Part shown: one piece after another, positions 28,307-37,906 of the stretch
Layout of the letters: each line of letters starts with the position of its first letter
How positions within the stretch are numbered: position 1 is the stretch's first letter
NCBI GenBank assembly: GCA_963841735.1
Contig: CAWJDT010000001.1
Location: 800,001-864,000 of the forward strand
Direction of reading: 5' to 3'
DNA from: an uncultured Actinomycetes bacterium
GTDB taxonomy: Bacteria; Actinomycetota; Thermoleophilia; RBG-16-64-13
DNA: 64,000 nucleotides
Notes under the pieces: model-generated
Databases searched by the model: none
What the model saw: only the letters and a program-made list of their open reading frames with translations
What the model was told of the DNA's origin: nothing
Program-made: the position numbers and the translations under genes

Positions 28307-29448
28307 TAGATAGCGTTGTGGCGGCCGGCGACAAGTTGAAGGCGCTGGCCGGGGCCAAGTCGGCGGGAGGGATGTTCCTATCGGTCACTCTCTCCACCAG
28401 CCGTCTGGACGACTGGCGGCAGGTCGCTCCGGCCTTTCTCCATAGTGAGTTCAACCGGTCCACCAAGGAGCGCGGTATTTCCAAGGAGAAGAAGCGCCTG
28501 CTCCAGGCCGACCTCGACTACGTGCTCGAAGTGCTTGAGTATGACGTGACCCCGAGGACCCAGGGGCTGGCGGTGTTTGTCGATGGGGAAGGGGATTTTC
28601 GCGAGCGCATCGAGTTGCCGCTGCGGCTGGTGAACCGGCTGGTTCTCGAGCCTTCTCCTCATATCCGGCCGGTTGCCCACGCCCTCGCACTACTAGAGCC
28701 TTTCCTGATCGCCAGGGTAAGTCGCGACGAGTCCAGCCTCTTCGTCGTAGACGAATGGGGGGTCGTCAGTGAGGCTGACCTCTCCGGTCCCTGGCTAAGG
28801 AGTAGCGATCGTGAGACTGGTGAGGTCTCCATCAAGGAGTACTACGCTGCTGCTCGCCAAGAGGCTTTGGTGGAACTGCATTTCAAGGAGGTGGGCACGG
28901 CATTAGCCAGGCTCCTGGAGACATCGGGAGCCCCCAGGGTCGTACTGTGCGCGCAGCACGACATCGCCAGCGGGTTTCGACGGGCTCTGCCGGCCGCGAT
29001 AGCGGCCAAAGTGGTGGCGGAGATGCCCCTCGACGCGGCGGCTTCAAACAGCCAGATGGTGGTGAGCGCGCGCGCCGCCGTGGAGCGGGCCCGCCATGAG
29101 GAGATGGCGGCGCTCGTGGGCCGCATCAATGAAGGATTAGGCGGCGGTGGGCGCGGCGTCTCCGGTTTCGAAGACGTGTTGGGGGCTGTCGGGCGCGGAC
29201 AGTTGCAGACTCTTTTGGTCGATCGCAACTTCCGCTTGCCGGGATGGCGCTGTGGCCTGTGTGACTGGACCGGCCTGTCCGCGGTGGAAAGCTGCCCCGT
29301 CTGCGGCGGCGAGCCGGTGCCGGTGTCTGACGTGATAGGGGAAATAGTGCGGCTCGCCATCCTACAGACCGGCCAGGTGAAGGTAGGCGAGAACATTCCG
29401 GCACTGGGCGAGTTGGGAGGCGTAGCGGGTCTGCTGCGTTACGCGTAA
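28303..29448 (+). CDS. Bacterial aeRF1-like (baeRF) protein with zinc ribbon
   Basis: QGLAVF...PHIRP, HFKEV, LLVDR...CGLC...CPVCG, GGVAGLLRY C-terminus typical of eRF1/Pelota domain 3. Confidence 0.8.
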   Translation: MIDSVVAAGDKLKALAGAKSAGGMFLSVTLSTSRLDDWRQVAPAFLHSEFNRSTKERGISKEKKRLLQADLDYVLEVLEYDVTPRTQGLAVFVDGEGDFRERIELPLRLVNRLVLEPSPHIRPVAHALALLEPFLIARVSRDESSLFVVDEWGVVSEADLSGPWLRSSDRETGEVSIKEYYAAARQEALVELHFKEVGTALARLLETSGAPRVVLCAQHDIASGFRRALPAAIAAKVVAEMPLDAAASNSQMVVSARAAVERARHEEMAALVGRINEGLGGGGRGVSGFEDVLGAVGRGQLQTLLVDRNFRLPGWRCGLCDWTGLSAVESCPVCGGEPVPVSDVIGEIVRLAILQTGQVKVGENIPALGELGGVAGLLRYA

Positions 29449-29623
29449 AATCTGCCGAATGACAGGCAGGGCAGCCAACATTATATTGGGGGCGTTGCGC
29501 CCCCACTGCGTGGGGCCGCTTAACGCTCGGCAGAGTGGGCCGCATTGGTGACCGCGGCCGTGATAGTGTCTGTGGTAGCCGTGCTCCTGGGCGGGCCATT
29601 CCGAGCGGAGAAGGAGGTCGAGT

Positions 29624-30370
29624 ATCGCTAACCTTCCTCCGGCTGATCTCGTTCCGTCACTCTGCGAGGACTGCGGCGCGGCTCTTCAGGGGGGCGATGA
29701 GGCCGCCCTCTTTTTCTGCGCGGCCTGCGGTCTCGCGTATGAGCCGGGCGAGGAAGGTCTCGCGTCGTTCTCCCCACTCACCGCCGCGGTGACCACAGAG
29801 CTGGCTGCAGCCGGACCGCTGCAGTATCTGGCGGTATGGCGTCTGGCCGTGTCCATATCAGCGGCGGCGGACAGCGCCTGGGAAGGTATCAGCAAGGTCG
29901 TCGCTCCACGGTCCCCCTATCTGTATGTCCCGGCTTTCAGCCTGGTGCGGCCGGTGGTCCAGCGGCTGGGCATGAGGTTGACCGAGACGCAGCCGGATCT
30001 CAAGCTGGCTCTGGGAACGCCAGAACATGTCGCCCGGAGACCTGCCCTGTTCGAGGTAGCCACACCTTTGGGTCGCGTCCCGGCTCGCGGCGGCGGTCCA
30101 CTCAGCTCGACCATCAACCCAGATGGGAACGTCCCGGATTCCGGGATTATCTCTCCGGTGGTGGCGGGAAGGGATGATGCGCGGGTCTTTGCGCACTTTG
30201 TCTACCGCGCCGTTGAGTCACACGATACCCGCGACCTGCGCTCCGTGGACGATGAGCTGCAGACGGTGGGCGAGGAGCTGATCCTGATGCCGGCAGTGTG
30301 GGATCCACGGTACATCTATGAGTCCAATTGGAGATTGTTGCTGCGCGAGTTCGACGGTCTGGTAGCGTAG
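29624..30370 (+). CDS. Double zinc-ribbon hypothetical protein; start probably ATC 29624 (ORF track starts at 29789)
   Basis: Frame open from 29579; AAGGAGG 6 nt before ATC; extension encodes CEDC and CAAC. Confidence 0.6.
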   Translation: MANLPPADLVPSLCEDCGAALQGGDEAALFFCAACGLAYEPGEEGLASFSPLTAAVTTELAAAGPLQYLAVWRLAVSISAAADSAWEGISKVVAPRSPYLYVPAFSLVRPVVQRLGMRLTETQPDLKLALGTPEHVARRPALFEVATPLGRVPARGGGPLSSTINPDGNVPDSGIISPVVAGRDDARVFAHFVYRAVESHDTRDLRSVDDELQTVGEELILMPAVWDPRYIYESNWRLLLREFDGLVA

Positions 30371-30421
30371 AGCGCGACGCATCCACTAGGGTGGCGCGGT
30401 CAAAAGGGGAAAGGGGAGATC

Positions 30422-30937
30422 ATGGCCGGTATCGACGAACGGGTGGAAGAGAGCAAGAATTGGTGGGAGCGGTTTGTTGGGAAGGTCCCCGGCATCCGTG
30501 GCTATAAGCAGAAGGAGACCCGGCGCGAGACCGACAAGATCCAGCGGGTGTATGTGGCCGAGAGGCTTGACACCTGTCTCAGCAAACTCGACGATGTCAA
30601 GCTCGACCTGGTGAAGGCGGGCAACCTGGATGCGCTGGGGGAAATCGACGTGGTCATGCGCAGGCTACGCACCGCCGCGGACAGGGTGAGGTTCGCCGAC
30701 TACGGCTACGCGGGCATGTTCGACCCTGTCAAGGTGGGAGTGGAGAAGCTCGATGAGCTGTACGCTTTCGACAGGTCGCTGGAGACCGACGCCGGCAGCA
30801 TCGTCGAGTTGTCCGCTGCTCTTTCCGCGTCAAGCCCATCTCTCGGTGCCGACGTCGGCCTGCTGGGCGAACGCATCGAAGCCTTGGACGCTCGGTTCTC
30901 CGAGCGCGAACATCTCATCACCGGAGCCGGGAGGTAA
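30422..30937 (+). CDS. Conserved helical hypothetical protein
   Basis: Strong SD; VPGIRGYKQKETRRETD...ADYGYAGMFD; first of tightly coupled genes. Confidence 0.8.
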   Translation: MAGIDERVEESKNWWERFVGKVPGIRGYKQKETRRETDKIQRVYVAERLDTCLSKLDDVKLDLVKAGNLDALGEIDVVMRRLRTAADRVRFADYGYAGMFDPVKVGVEKLDELYAFDRSLETDAGSIVELSAALSASSPSLGADVGLLGERIEALDARFSEREHLITGAGR

Positions 30938-30940
30938 CCG

Positions 30941-32086
30941 ATGGCCCTCATGAACCTCATCGAATATGTTGACGAAGAAAACGGGGAGATGGTCCACCGC
31001 ATCCCCGAGCAGGGCTCGGGCGAGTTCAAGATCGGCTCGCAATTGATCGTGCGCGAGAGCCAGTGGTCTATCTTCTTCCGCGACGGCAAGGCCTACGACG
31101 TCTTCGAGCCGGGCAGGCACACACTCACTACGCTCAACATCCCCCTGCTGACAGCCATCATCTCGGCGCCCTTATACGGCGATTCGCCCTTCCGAGCTGA
31201 GGCCTACTTCGTCAGCCGGCGGACCTTCACCGATCTGAAATGGGGCACCACCGAGCCCATCCTCTTCCGCGACACTGAGTTCAAGATGATCCGGCTGCGC
31301 TCAAACGGGATCTTTACCTTCCAGATCACCGATCCCAAGCTCTTCGTGGTCAAGATAGTTGGCACCCGGGGCATCTACACCAACACTCAGATAGAGGACT
31401 TTCTCCGGGGTGTCATCGTGGGCCGTTTGGCCGACATCCTGGGGGAGAGCCTAGAGTCGGTACTCGACCTCCCGCGCTACTTCGACGAGTTGGGCGCCGG
31501 TCTCAAGGCTCGCATCAAGGATGACTTCGCCCAGTACGGCTTGGCGATAGTGGACTTCATCATCAACGCCATTTCGCCGCCTGAAGATGTACAGAAGCGC
31601 ATCGACGAGCGCTCGGGCATGGAAGCCGTGGGCGGTATGGACCGCTACTTCCAGTACAAGGCTGCGCAGGCCATCGGAGATCTCGCCAGAGGTGGCGGAG
31701 GCTCAGTGGGCGGCGGAGGCGAAGGAGGCAGTGGCACCGACATCGGTTCGGCCGCGACCGCGGGACTGGGATTGGGTGCCGGCGCTGGTCTGGGCATGAT
31801 GATCCCGGGCATGCTGCAACAGGCCATGGCCGGCGGGACGCAGCCCAAGGTCCGCTGCCCCAACTGCAAGGCCGACATCCCCTTCGGTAGCGCGTTTTGC
31901 CCGCAGTGCGGCACGAACTTGGCTGCCACCGAGAGCTGCCCCAACTGCAAGGCCACTCTGCCCGCCGGTTCGAAGTTCTGCGCCAGTTGCGGGCAGGCTA
32001 TGGGCGCCCCGCCGGCGCCGGCCGCCGGTCCCGCCGCCGCGGCCCCTGAGGCAGGCGACACAGACGCAAAGGACAAGAAGAAATGA
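30941..32086 (+). CDS. SPFH domain (YdjI-like) protein with double zinc ribbon
   Basis: SQLIVRESQ, PGRHTLTT.NIP, KWGT; C-terminal CPNC/FCPQCG repeats. Confidence 0.88.
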   Translation: MALMNLIEYVDEENGEMVHRIPEQGSGEFKIGSQLIVRESQWSIFFRDGKAYDVFEPGRHTLTTLNIPLLTAIISAPLYGDSPFRAEAYFVSRRTFTDLKWGTTEPILFRDTEFKMIRLRSNGIFTFQITDPKLFVVKIVGTRGIYTNTQIEDFLRGVIVGRLADILGESLESVLDLPRYFDELGAGLKARIKDDFAQYGLAIVDFIINAISPPEDVQKRIDERSGMEAVGGMDRYFQYKAAQAIGDLARGGGGSVGGGGEGGSGTDIGSAATAGLGLGAGAGLGMMIPGMLQQAMAGGTQPKVRCPNCKADIPFGSAFCPQCGTNLAATESCPNCKATLPAGSKFCASCGQAMGAPPAPAAGPAAAAPEAGDTDAKDKKK

Positions 32087-33915
32087 CGGTTCGCGGACAT
32101 CAGCGTCGCCTGTGCAGCCTTGGGCTTTTGGTGGTCGCCTGCGCACTGGCAGTGTTGCTCATCGGGCCGACGGCGCAGGCACAGGCGAAGGACTGGCGCA
32201 TCTCCAGCATCGATGAAGTGCTCAATGTGCAGGAGGACGGCGACGTCCTGGTCGACGAGACCGTTACCTTCCTCTTCGAGGGCAACTACCATTTCGTGTC
32301 GATGGGTGTTCCGACGGCGAACTACTTGGGCATCGCCGATATCGAGGTTCGGGATGCCGGCGGTACTGTCTTACCCGAGGGTGATGCTCCCGGCACGTAC
32401 AGTCTCTTTACAGAAGGCGATACCCAGTACATCCAGGTGAACTTCGACCTCACCGATACTGCCGGCACCTGGGTCTTCCACTATCGGGCCAAGAAGGTGG
32501 TGCAGTTCGGGGAGCAGCAGGATGGGCTGGTTTGGTACGTCTTCGACGCCGAGACGCCGGTGCCTATCGACCAAGTGAAGCTCACGGTGAAGCTGCCGGG
32601 TTCAGTGCCATCCGACCAGATGACGCCCGCGGCCCAGGTTGAATACGGCGTCCAGTGGACTCCCTCCTTCCCGGCGGCGTCCACCACGGTCTATGAGGCT
32701 TCAGGTTTCGCTCCCTACTCCTATTTTTGGACCAGCACCGGGTTCCCTACGGGGGTCGTCAAGAACGTCTGGACAGTGCGGCGGGTCTTCAACTACATCA
32801 TCCCCAAGGTTGGATTCGCTCTGCCGATCTTGGCGTTTCTGATCATGTTTCTGATCTGGTTCAAGCGCGGGCGCGACCAACCGGGCGCGGTCTATGCCAA
32901 GTATGTGAGCGAACCACCTTCTGACTTGTCACCTGCCCTGGTGGGGGCGCTCATCGATGAGAGGGTGGACACCAAGGAGGTGATCGCCACCATCGTCGAC
33001 CTGGCGAAACGGGGCTATCTGGAGATGGTGGACGAGCGGGAGGGCAAGGCTTTCAAGAAGCCGCTTACCACTTTCAAGCGGAAGAAGTCCTTCGACGACT
33101 TGGGCGGATTCGAGAAGAAGACGGCGGAGTCGCTTTTCGAGCTAGGTTCGGCCGATGAAGTGACCACGGCTCAGCTTAAGAACCACTTCTTCAGCAAGGT
33201 CCCTCCCATCGTGAGTCAGATCTACAACGCGGTGGCTTCGGAGGGACTGTTCTACAAGAACCCCAAGAAGGCGCGTTCGCGTTGGGTGGGGTATGGGTTC
33301 CTGGTCGGTGCGGTCTTGGCCGTACTGACGTTCGTGCTTAGCGGTGCCGAAATCAACGGTTGGGGCTTGTTCTTAGCGGGCTCGATCGTGTCCACCCTCG
33401 TTGTATGGGGGTTTGCGGGCTACATGCCCCAACGCACTCCCAAGGGCGCGCAGGAGCAGAAGAAGTGGCAGGCCTTCCGAAACTACCTGGAGGACCTCGG
33501 TCGCTTCACCGACATGGACACGGCCAAAGAGAAGTACGAGAAGTACCTGCCCTATGCCATCGCCTTCGGGGTGGAGAAGCAGTGGACCCGGCGCTTTGAG
33601 GATGTCACCGTGCCCGCGCCCCAGTGGTATCACCCGCCCGTGATCATATATGGCTTGCCTCACACCGGGCCGATCGGAGGCGGCATCGGAGGCGGTGCGG
33701 CCGGCGGTGGCGTCGGCGGCGGTTTTAGCCTGGACACCCTGTCCGACAGTCTGTTCACCAGCCTCGGCAATATCTCCAACGTGCTCACTTCGGCTCCCTC
33801 GAGCAGTAGTTCGGGCAAGGGGAGCGCGTTCGGCGGCGGTGGCTTTGGCGGCGGCGGCGGCTTCAGCGGTGGCTTCGGCGGCGGTGGCGGCGGAGGAGGA
33901 TTCCGGGCCGGCTAG
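32083..33915 (+). CDS. DUF2207 (YciQ-like) membrane protein
   Basis: Signal peptide, ATIVDLAKRGY, W.AFRNYL, YLPYAIAFG, Gly-rich tail. Confidence 0.88.
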   Translation: MTVRGHQRRLCSLGLLVVACALAVLLIGPTAQAQAKDWRISSIDEVLNVQEDGDVLVDETVTFLFEGNYHFVSMGVPTANYLGIADIEVRDAGGTVLPEGDAPGTYSLFTEGDTQYIQVNFDLTDTAGTWVFHYRAKKVVQFGEQQDGLVWYVFDAETPVPIDQVKLTVKLPGSVPSDQMTPAAQVEYGVQWTPSFPAASTTVYEASGFAPYSYFWTSTGFPTGVVKNVWTVRRVFNYIIPKVGFALPILAFLIMFLIWFKRGRDQPGAVYAKYVSEPPSDLSPALVGALIDERVDTKEVIATIVDLAKRGYLEMVDEREGKAFKKPLTTFKRKKSFDDLGGFEKKTAESLFELGSADEVTTAQLKNHFFSKVPPIVSQIYNAVASEGLFYKNPKKARSRWVGYGFLVGAVLAVLTFVLSGAEINGWGLFLAGSIVSTLVVWGFAGYMPQRTPKGAQEQKKWQAFRNYLEDLGRFTDMDTAKEKYEKYLPYAIAFGVEKQWTRRFEDVTVPAPQWYHPPVIIYGLPHTGPIGGGIGGGAAGGGVGGGFSLDTLSDSLFTSLGNISNVLTSAPSSSSSGKGSAFGGGGFGGGGGFSGGFGGGGGGGGFRAG

Positions 33916-33992
33916 AGAGCTTGTGATGCGACGCCGGTGCCCGGCCCAGCGGGCCGGGCACCGGCTGTGACCTAGGTAACCAGGAGGTAGTC

Positions 33993-34682
33993 ATGCGGAC
34001 GCGGATAATGGGGATCGTGATGCTCGTGGTCAGTCTGGGCGTCGCGGCCTGGCTGGCCGCCGGCGTTGCCGAGGCGGTGCGCCAAGATCGGAGCATCACC
34101 GGGCATATCCTGGGGTTCGTACTCTTCTCGCTACCCTTTCTGGCCGTGGGCCTGTATCTGCTCTTGACCTCGCGAGGCGAGATCAAGGACGAGACCAAGG
34201 CCGACAAGCAGCGGACCATCCTGAACGCGGTCATGACCCGTGGACGCGTGAGTGTGGCCGACATGGCCATCGAGTGCAACGTGAACCGCGAGCAGGTGAA
34301 GCAACTCATCTACGACATCATCGGCAAGGACTTGTTTCGCGGGTATGTCAACTGGGAGCGCGGAGAGTTGGTGTCGGCCGAGGCCGCTCAGATCAAGGAC
34401 CACAGCTGTCCCAATTGTGGCGGCAAGGTGGAGCTGGCCGGCAAGGGTCTGGTGAAATGCCCCTACTGCGGCACTGAGACCTACCTCTCGGCTCCTACCG
34501 CTTCCGAGAAGCCGTCGTCACCCCGGGTGGATCCGCCGGGCCCTCCGGCCGCCGCGTCAGAGCCGCCGCAGGCGCCGGCCGCCGCGACGACGCCAGCGCC
34601 GGCTCCCACTGCCGCGGCAAGCCCTGCCCCCGGGGGCCCAGAGGCCGCATCGCCACCCTCCGGCGACGGGACCTCTAAGTGA
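33993..34682 (+). CDS. Membrane protein with winged-helix-like segment, zinc ribbon and Pro/Ala tail
   Basis: Two TM helices; CPNCGG...CPYCG. Confidence 0.75.
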   Translation: MRTRIMGIVMLVVSLGVAAWLAAGVAEAVRQDRSITGHILGFVLFSLPFLAVGLYLLLTSRGEIKDETKADKQRTILNAVMTRGRVSVADMAIECNVNREQVKQLIYDIIGKDLFRGYVNWERGELVSAEAAQIKDHSCPNCGGKVELAGKGLVKCPYCGTETYLSAPTASEKPSSPRVDPPGPPAAASEPPQAPAAATTPAPAPTAAASPAPGGPEAASPPSGDGTSK

Positions 34683-34713
34683 TGACCCCGTACCTCCGAG
34701 CACGGATCAAACT

Positions 34714-35094
34714 ATGCGCTTGATGTACAAGTTGTGGCTCGACTACCGGGGTAGGGCCTTCGGCGACGGCCCTGCCCGGCTTCTTGGGGGCGTGCAGGAG
34801 TGGGGCTCGTTGCGCAAGGCCGCCCAGGAACTGGGCATGTCCTACAATAAGGCGTGGCGTATCCTCCATGCGGCCGAAGAACGCCTGGGTTTTGCCCTGC
34901 TTGACCGCAGCGTAGGTGGCAGTCTGGGCGGAGGCTCCAATCTCACCCCCGAAGCCCAGGACCTGATGTCCCGGTATCGCGCCGTGGCGGTGGAAGCGGA
35001 AGAGGCCTTGGAGGTTGTCTTTCAGCGGCATTTCGCCGACTGGAAAGATCCTGAGACGACCACACTCCCGGGGGGCTCTGCTACCGAGAGCTAG
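34714..35094 (+). CDS. ModE-type winged-helix regulator (DNA-binding domain only)
   Basis: FGDGPARLL..GSLRKAA.ELGMSY.KAW...GG..GGGS.LT. Confidence 0.88.
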   Translation: MRLMYKLWLDYRGRAFGDGPARLLGGVQEWGSLRKAAQELGMSYNKAWRILHAAEERLGFALLDRSVGGSLGGGSNLTPEAQDLMSRYRAVAVEAEEALEVVFQRHFADWKDPETTTLPGGSATES

Positions 35095-35134
35095 CTTTCA
35101 GCCTGTCGCGCCGTCGCGCGGGTAGTCGATTTCG

Positions 35135-35158
35135 CGTTATACTCTTGTCCCTATAACG
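35135..35158. promoter_or_regulatory. ModE box
   Basis: Palindrome CGTTATA-N10-TATAACG between the ModE-like gene and the transporter operon. Confidence 0.8.
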
Positions 35159-35180
35159 GGCAGAGGAGCGCGGGTAAGGC

Positions 35181-36302
35181 ATGGCCGGCAGGCGGATAGA
35201 GGCTACGAAGGCAGAGGTGCCGGAGGTCGAAGGGACTGAGGCCTCCGCCAAGACGCGTGCCTTTGCTAAGTCGCGCGCCTCCGCTCTGCGGTCTATGGCT
35301 GTGCGACTGAGGGTGCCCTTCCTGATCGTCTTGCCCGTCGCGGCCTTTCTTCTGTCTCTGACCTTGGGCCGCTATCACGTCTCGGTGGGTGAGATCCTTA
35401 CCCTCTTCGGCTCGAAGTTGGGGCTGACCCACGCGACGGTGCCCGAGAACGTCAATACGGTCATCATGAACGTGCGACTGCCCCGTATCGCGGCCGCGTT
35501 GATGATCGGCGCCGGGCTTTCGCTGTCGGGGGCGGCGTATCAGGGCATGTTCCGTAATCCGCTGGTGTCACCCGACATTCTCGGCGCCTCCGCCGGGGCG
35601 GGTTTTGGCGCCGCGCTGGGCATCATGCTGTCGAAGGGCATTCTGGTGACCCAGATCCTCGCTCTGGGCTTTGGGCTGGGAGCGGTCCTGGCCACCTACA
35701 TGCTGGCCGGGCGGCTGCGCCGCGGCGACCCCACCCTTTTCCTGGTGCTGACGGGGATCCTGGTAGGCACCGTCTTCACATCGCTCATATCGGTTCTCAA
35801 GGTGCTCGCCGACCCCTACGACAAGCTGCCGGCGATCACCTTCTGGCTCATGGGCAGCCTTGCGGCCGTCAACACCAATGACCTTCTCATCTTGCTGGCG
35901 CCTATGGTAGTGGGTGGAGGCGCCCTGCTGGCTGTGCGCTGGCATCTCAACCCTCTCTCGTTCGGAGAGGAAGAAGCCCGAGCCATGGGTGCCGAGACGG
36001 GCAAGCTGCGGGTCATCATCATCGTGGCCTGCACTCTGCTAACCGCCTCCGCGGTCAGCGTGGCCGGCATCGTCGGCTGGGTAGGTTTGATAATTCCCCA
36101 TCTCGCCCGCGGATTGGTGGGTCCCGACTACGGCAAACTGCTCCCGGTGTCGGCTGTTATCGGAGCCGTGTATCTGCTGTTGGTGGACGACCTCGCGCGA
36201 CTGGCCGGTCCCTTGGAGCTACCCCTCGGCATTCTCACCGCGCTCATCGGGGCGCCCTTCTTCATACTCCTGATGGCCCGCACCAGGAGGGCCTGGACAT
36301 GA
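35181..36302 (+). CDS. FecCD/BtuC-type ABC permease
   Basis: VRLPRI, QGMFRNPLVSPDILG, FWLMGS, GEEEARAMG, GWVGLIIPH. Confidence 0.93.
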   Translation: MAGRRIEATKAEVPEVEGTEASAKTRAFAKSRASALRSMAVRLRVPFLIVLPVAAFLLSLTLGRYHVSVGEILTLFGSKLGLTHATVPENVNTVIMNVRLPRIAAALMIGAGLSLSGAAYQGMFRNPLVSPDILGASAGAGFGAALGIMLSKGILVTQILALGFGLGAVLATYMLAGRLRRGDPTLFLVLTGILVGTVFTSLISVLKVLADPYDKLPAITFWLMGSLAAVNTNDLLILLAPMVVGGGALLAVRWHLNPLSFGEEEARAMGAETGKLRVIIIVACTLLTASAVSVAGIVGWVGLIIPHLARGLVGPDYGKLLPVSAVIGAVYLLLVDDLARLAGPLELPLGILTALIGAPFFILLMARTRRAWT

Positions 36303-37084
36303 TCCTAGAACTGCGGGGACTGTCCTGTGGCTATGGCCGCCGCAAGGTGCTCACCGACATCAACCTGACCGTGGGGTTTGGCGACAACCTCTGTCTGCTC
36401 GGCCCCAACGGCGTGGGCAAGACCACCCTGTTCCGCACCATCCTGGGGGCGATCGAGCCCATGGAGGGCGAGATACTCGTCGACGGTGAGAGCATCGTAC
36501 GACAGACTCGGAGGCAGAGAGCACGGTTGATGGCCTACGTTCCCCAGGCCCACACCGCCCCGTTCCCGTTTCATGTTATGGACGTGGTATTGACCGGGCG
36601 TACGGCCCACATCCCCTTGACGTCGGCCCCCTCCCGCCACGACGAAGAGGTGGCCCGGGCGGCGCTGGAGCGGATGGGCATCGCCGACTTGCGAGACAGG
36701 CCCTACACCGAACTGAGCGGAGGCGAGCGGCAGCTGGTGCTTATCGCCCGCGCTCTGGCCCAGGAGCCTAGAGTGCTCATCATGGACGAGCCCTCGTCGC
36801 ATCTGGATTTCGGCAATCAGGCCCGCCTGCTCGCGTTGATCAAGAACCTGGTTGAGGAAGGTGACCTGGCTGTACTCATGTCCTCGCACTTTCCCAACCA
36901 TGCGTTCGCCTGCGCGACGAAGGTGGGGTTGGTCAAGGACGGTCGCCTGGTCGCGCTGGGCTCTCCCGACGAGGTGCTCACCGAGGCTAGTCTGGAGGAT
37001 CTGTATGAGATCCCCGTGCGCATATTGCAGGGTCATCCCGACACCGATCCTTCGCTCAAGGTCTGTGCAGCGAGGATGGTCTGA
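36299..37084 (+). CDS. ABC transporter ATP-binding protein
   Basis: GPNGVGKT, LSGGE, MDEP. Confidence 0.95.
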   Translation: MILELRGLSCGYGRRKVLTDINLTVGFGDNLCLLGPNGVGKTTLFRTILGAIEPMEGEILVDGESIVRQTRRQRARLMAYVPQAHTAPFPFHVMDVVLTGRTAHIPLTSAPSRHDEEVARAALERMGIADLRDRPYTELSGGERQLVLIARALAQEPRVLIMDEPSSHLDFGNQARLLALIKNLVEEGDLAVLMSSHFPNHAFACATKVGLVKDGRLVALGSPDEVLTEASLEDLYEIPVRILQGHPDTDPSLKVCAARMV

Positions 37085-37129
37085 CGTTTCGTTATACTTA
37101 GCAGCGGACTACGCAACCGCGGATCGGAT

Positions 37130-37906
37130 GTGATGAGGCTGAGCGCAAACTGGGACATCTATGACCGTCTGATTCAGGGGATCCCGCCGGAGGCCAAGGT
37201 GGGGTCGTGTCTGGTCAGCACGTGGACTGTGGTCGACTCCGACGGCATGGGTCTGGCCATGACCTATCGGGGCGGCGTGCACGAGGCGAACCCGCTGACC
37301 TCCCTTGCCGGCAGGCCTTTGCGCGAACTGGCCGAGTATGTGAAGAGCTGGGATTTGCGTCGTGCCTCTCTGGGCACGGCGGCCATCAACGCGTTCTACA
37401 ACTCCCCTGGGAGGGTGCAGGAGTGGCTTGGGCGGCCCCTGGAGGGGCTGCGCTCGTCGGGTGCTTTCACCTCCAGCCTGGATGAGATCGCCGGCAAGAA
37501 GGTGGCAGTCATCGGGCACTTCCCCGGTCTGGAAGAGGCCAGAGAGTGCTGTGAGCTCGTGATTCTCGAGCGGGAGCCCCAAGAGGGTGACCTGCCCGAT
37601 TTCGCCGCCGAGTATGTCTTGCCCCAACAGGACTACGTGTTCATCACCGGTACCGCTCTTACCAACAAGACACTGCCCCGTCTGCTCGCGCTCTCGGCGG
37701 GAGCTACCGTGGCCTTGGTGGGACCCAGTGTGCCTTTGGTCCCCTGGTGGTTCGAGTTCGGGGTGGACGTCCTGGCGGGCTCGGTGGTCATGGATAAACC
37801 GAGTGTTTGGCAGCGTTGCCTTGAGGGCGCTCATAGGGGGATATTCGAAGCCGGCGCTTGGATGATAGACATCCGTCAGGCCGATGTCATGGGAGGTACA
37901 CAGTGA
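37130..37906 (+). CDS. DUF364 Rossmann-like putative metal-binding protein
   Basis: SLGTAAINA, KKVAVIGHF, ITGTALTNKT, VGPS. Confidence 0.85.
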   Translation: MMRLSANWDIYDRLIQGIPPEAKVGSCLVSTWTVVDSDGMGLAMTYRGGVHEANPLTSLAGRPLRELAEYVKSWDLRRASLGTAAINAFYNSPGRVQEWLGRPLEGLRSSGAFTSSLDEIAGKKVAVIGHFPGLEEARECCELVILEREPQEGDLPDFAAEYVLPQQDYVFITGTALTNKTLPRLLALSAGATVALVGPSVPLVPWWFEFGVDVLAGSVVMDKPSVWQRCLEGAHRGIFEAGAWMIDIRQADVMGGTQ

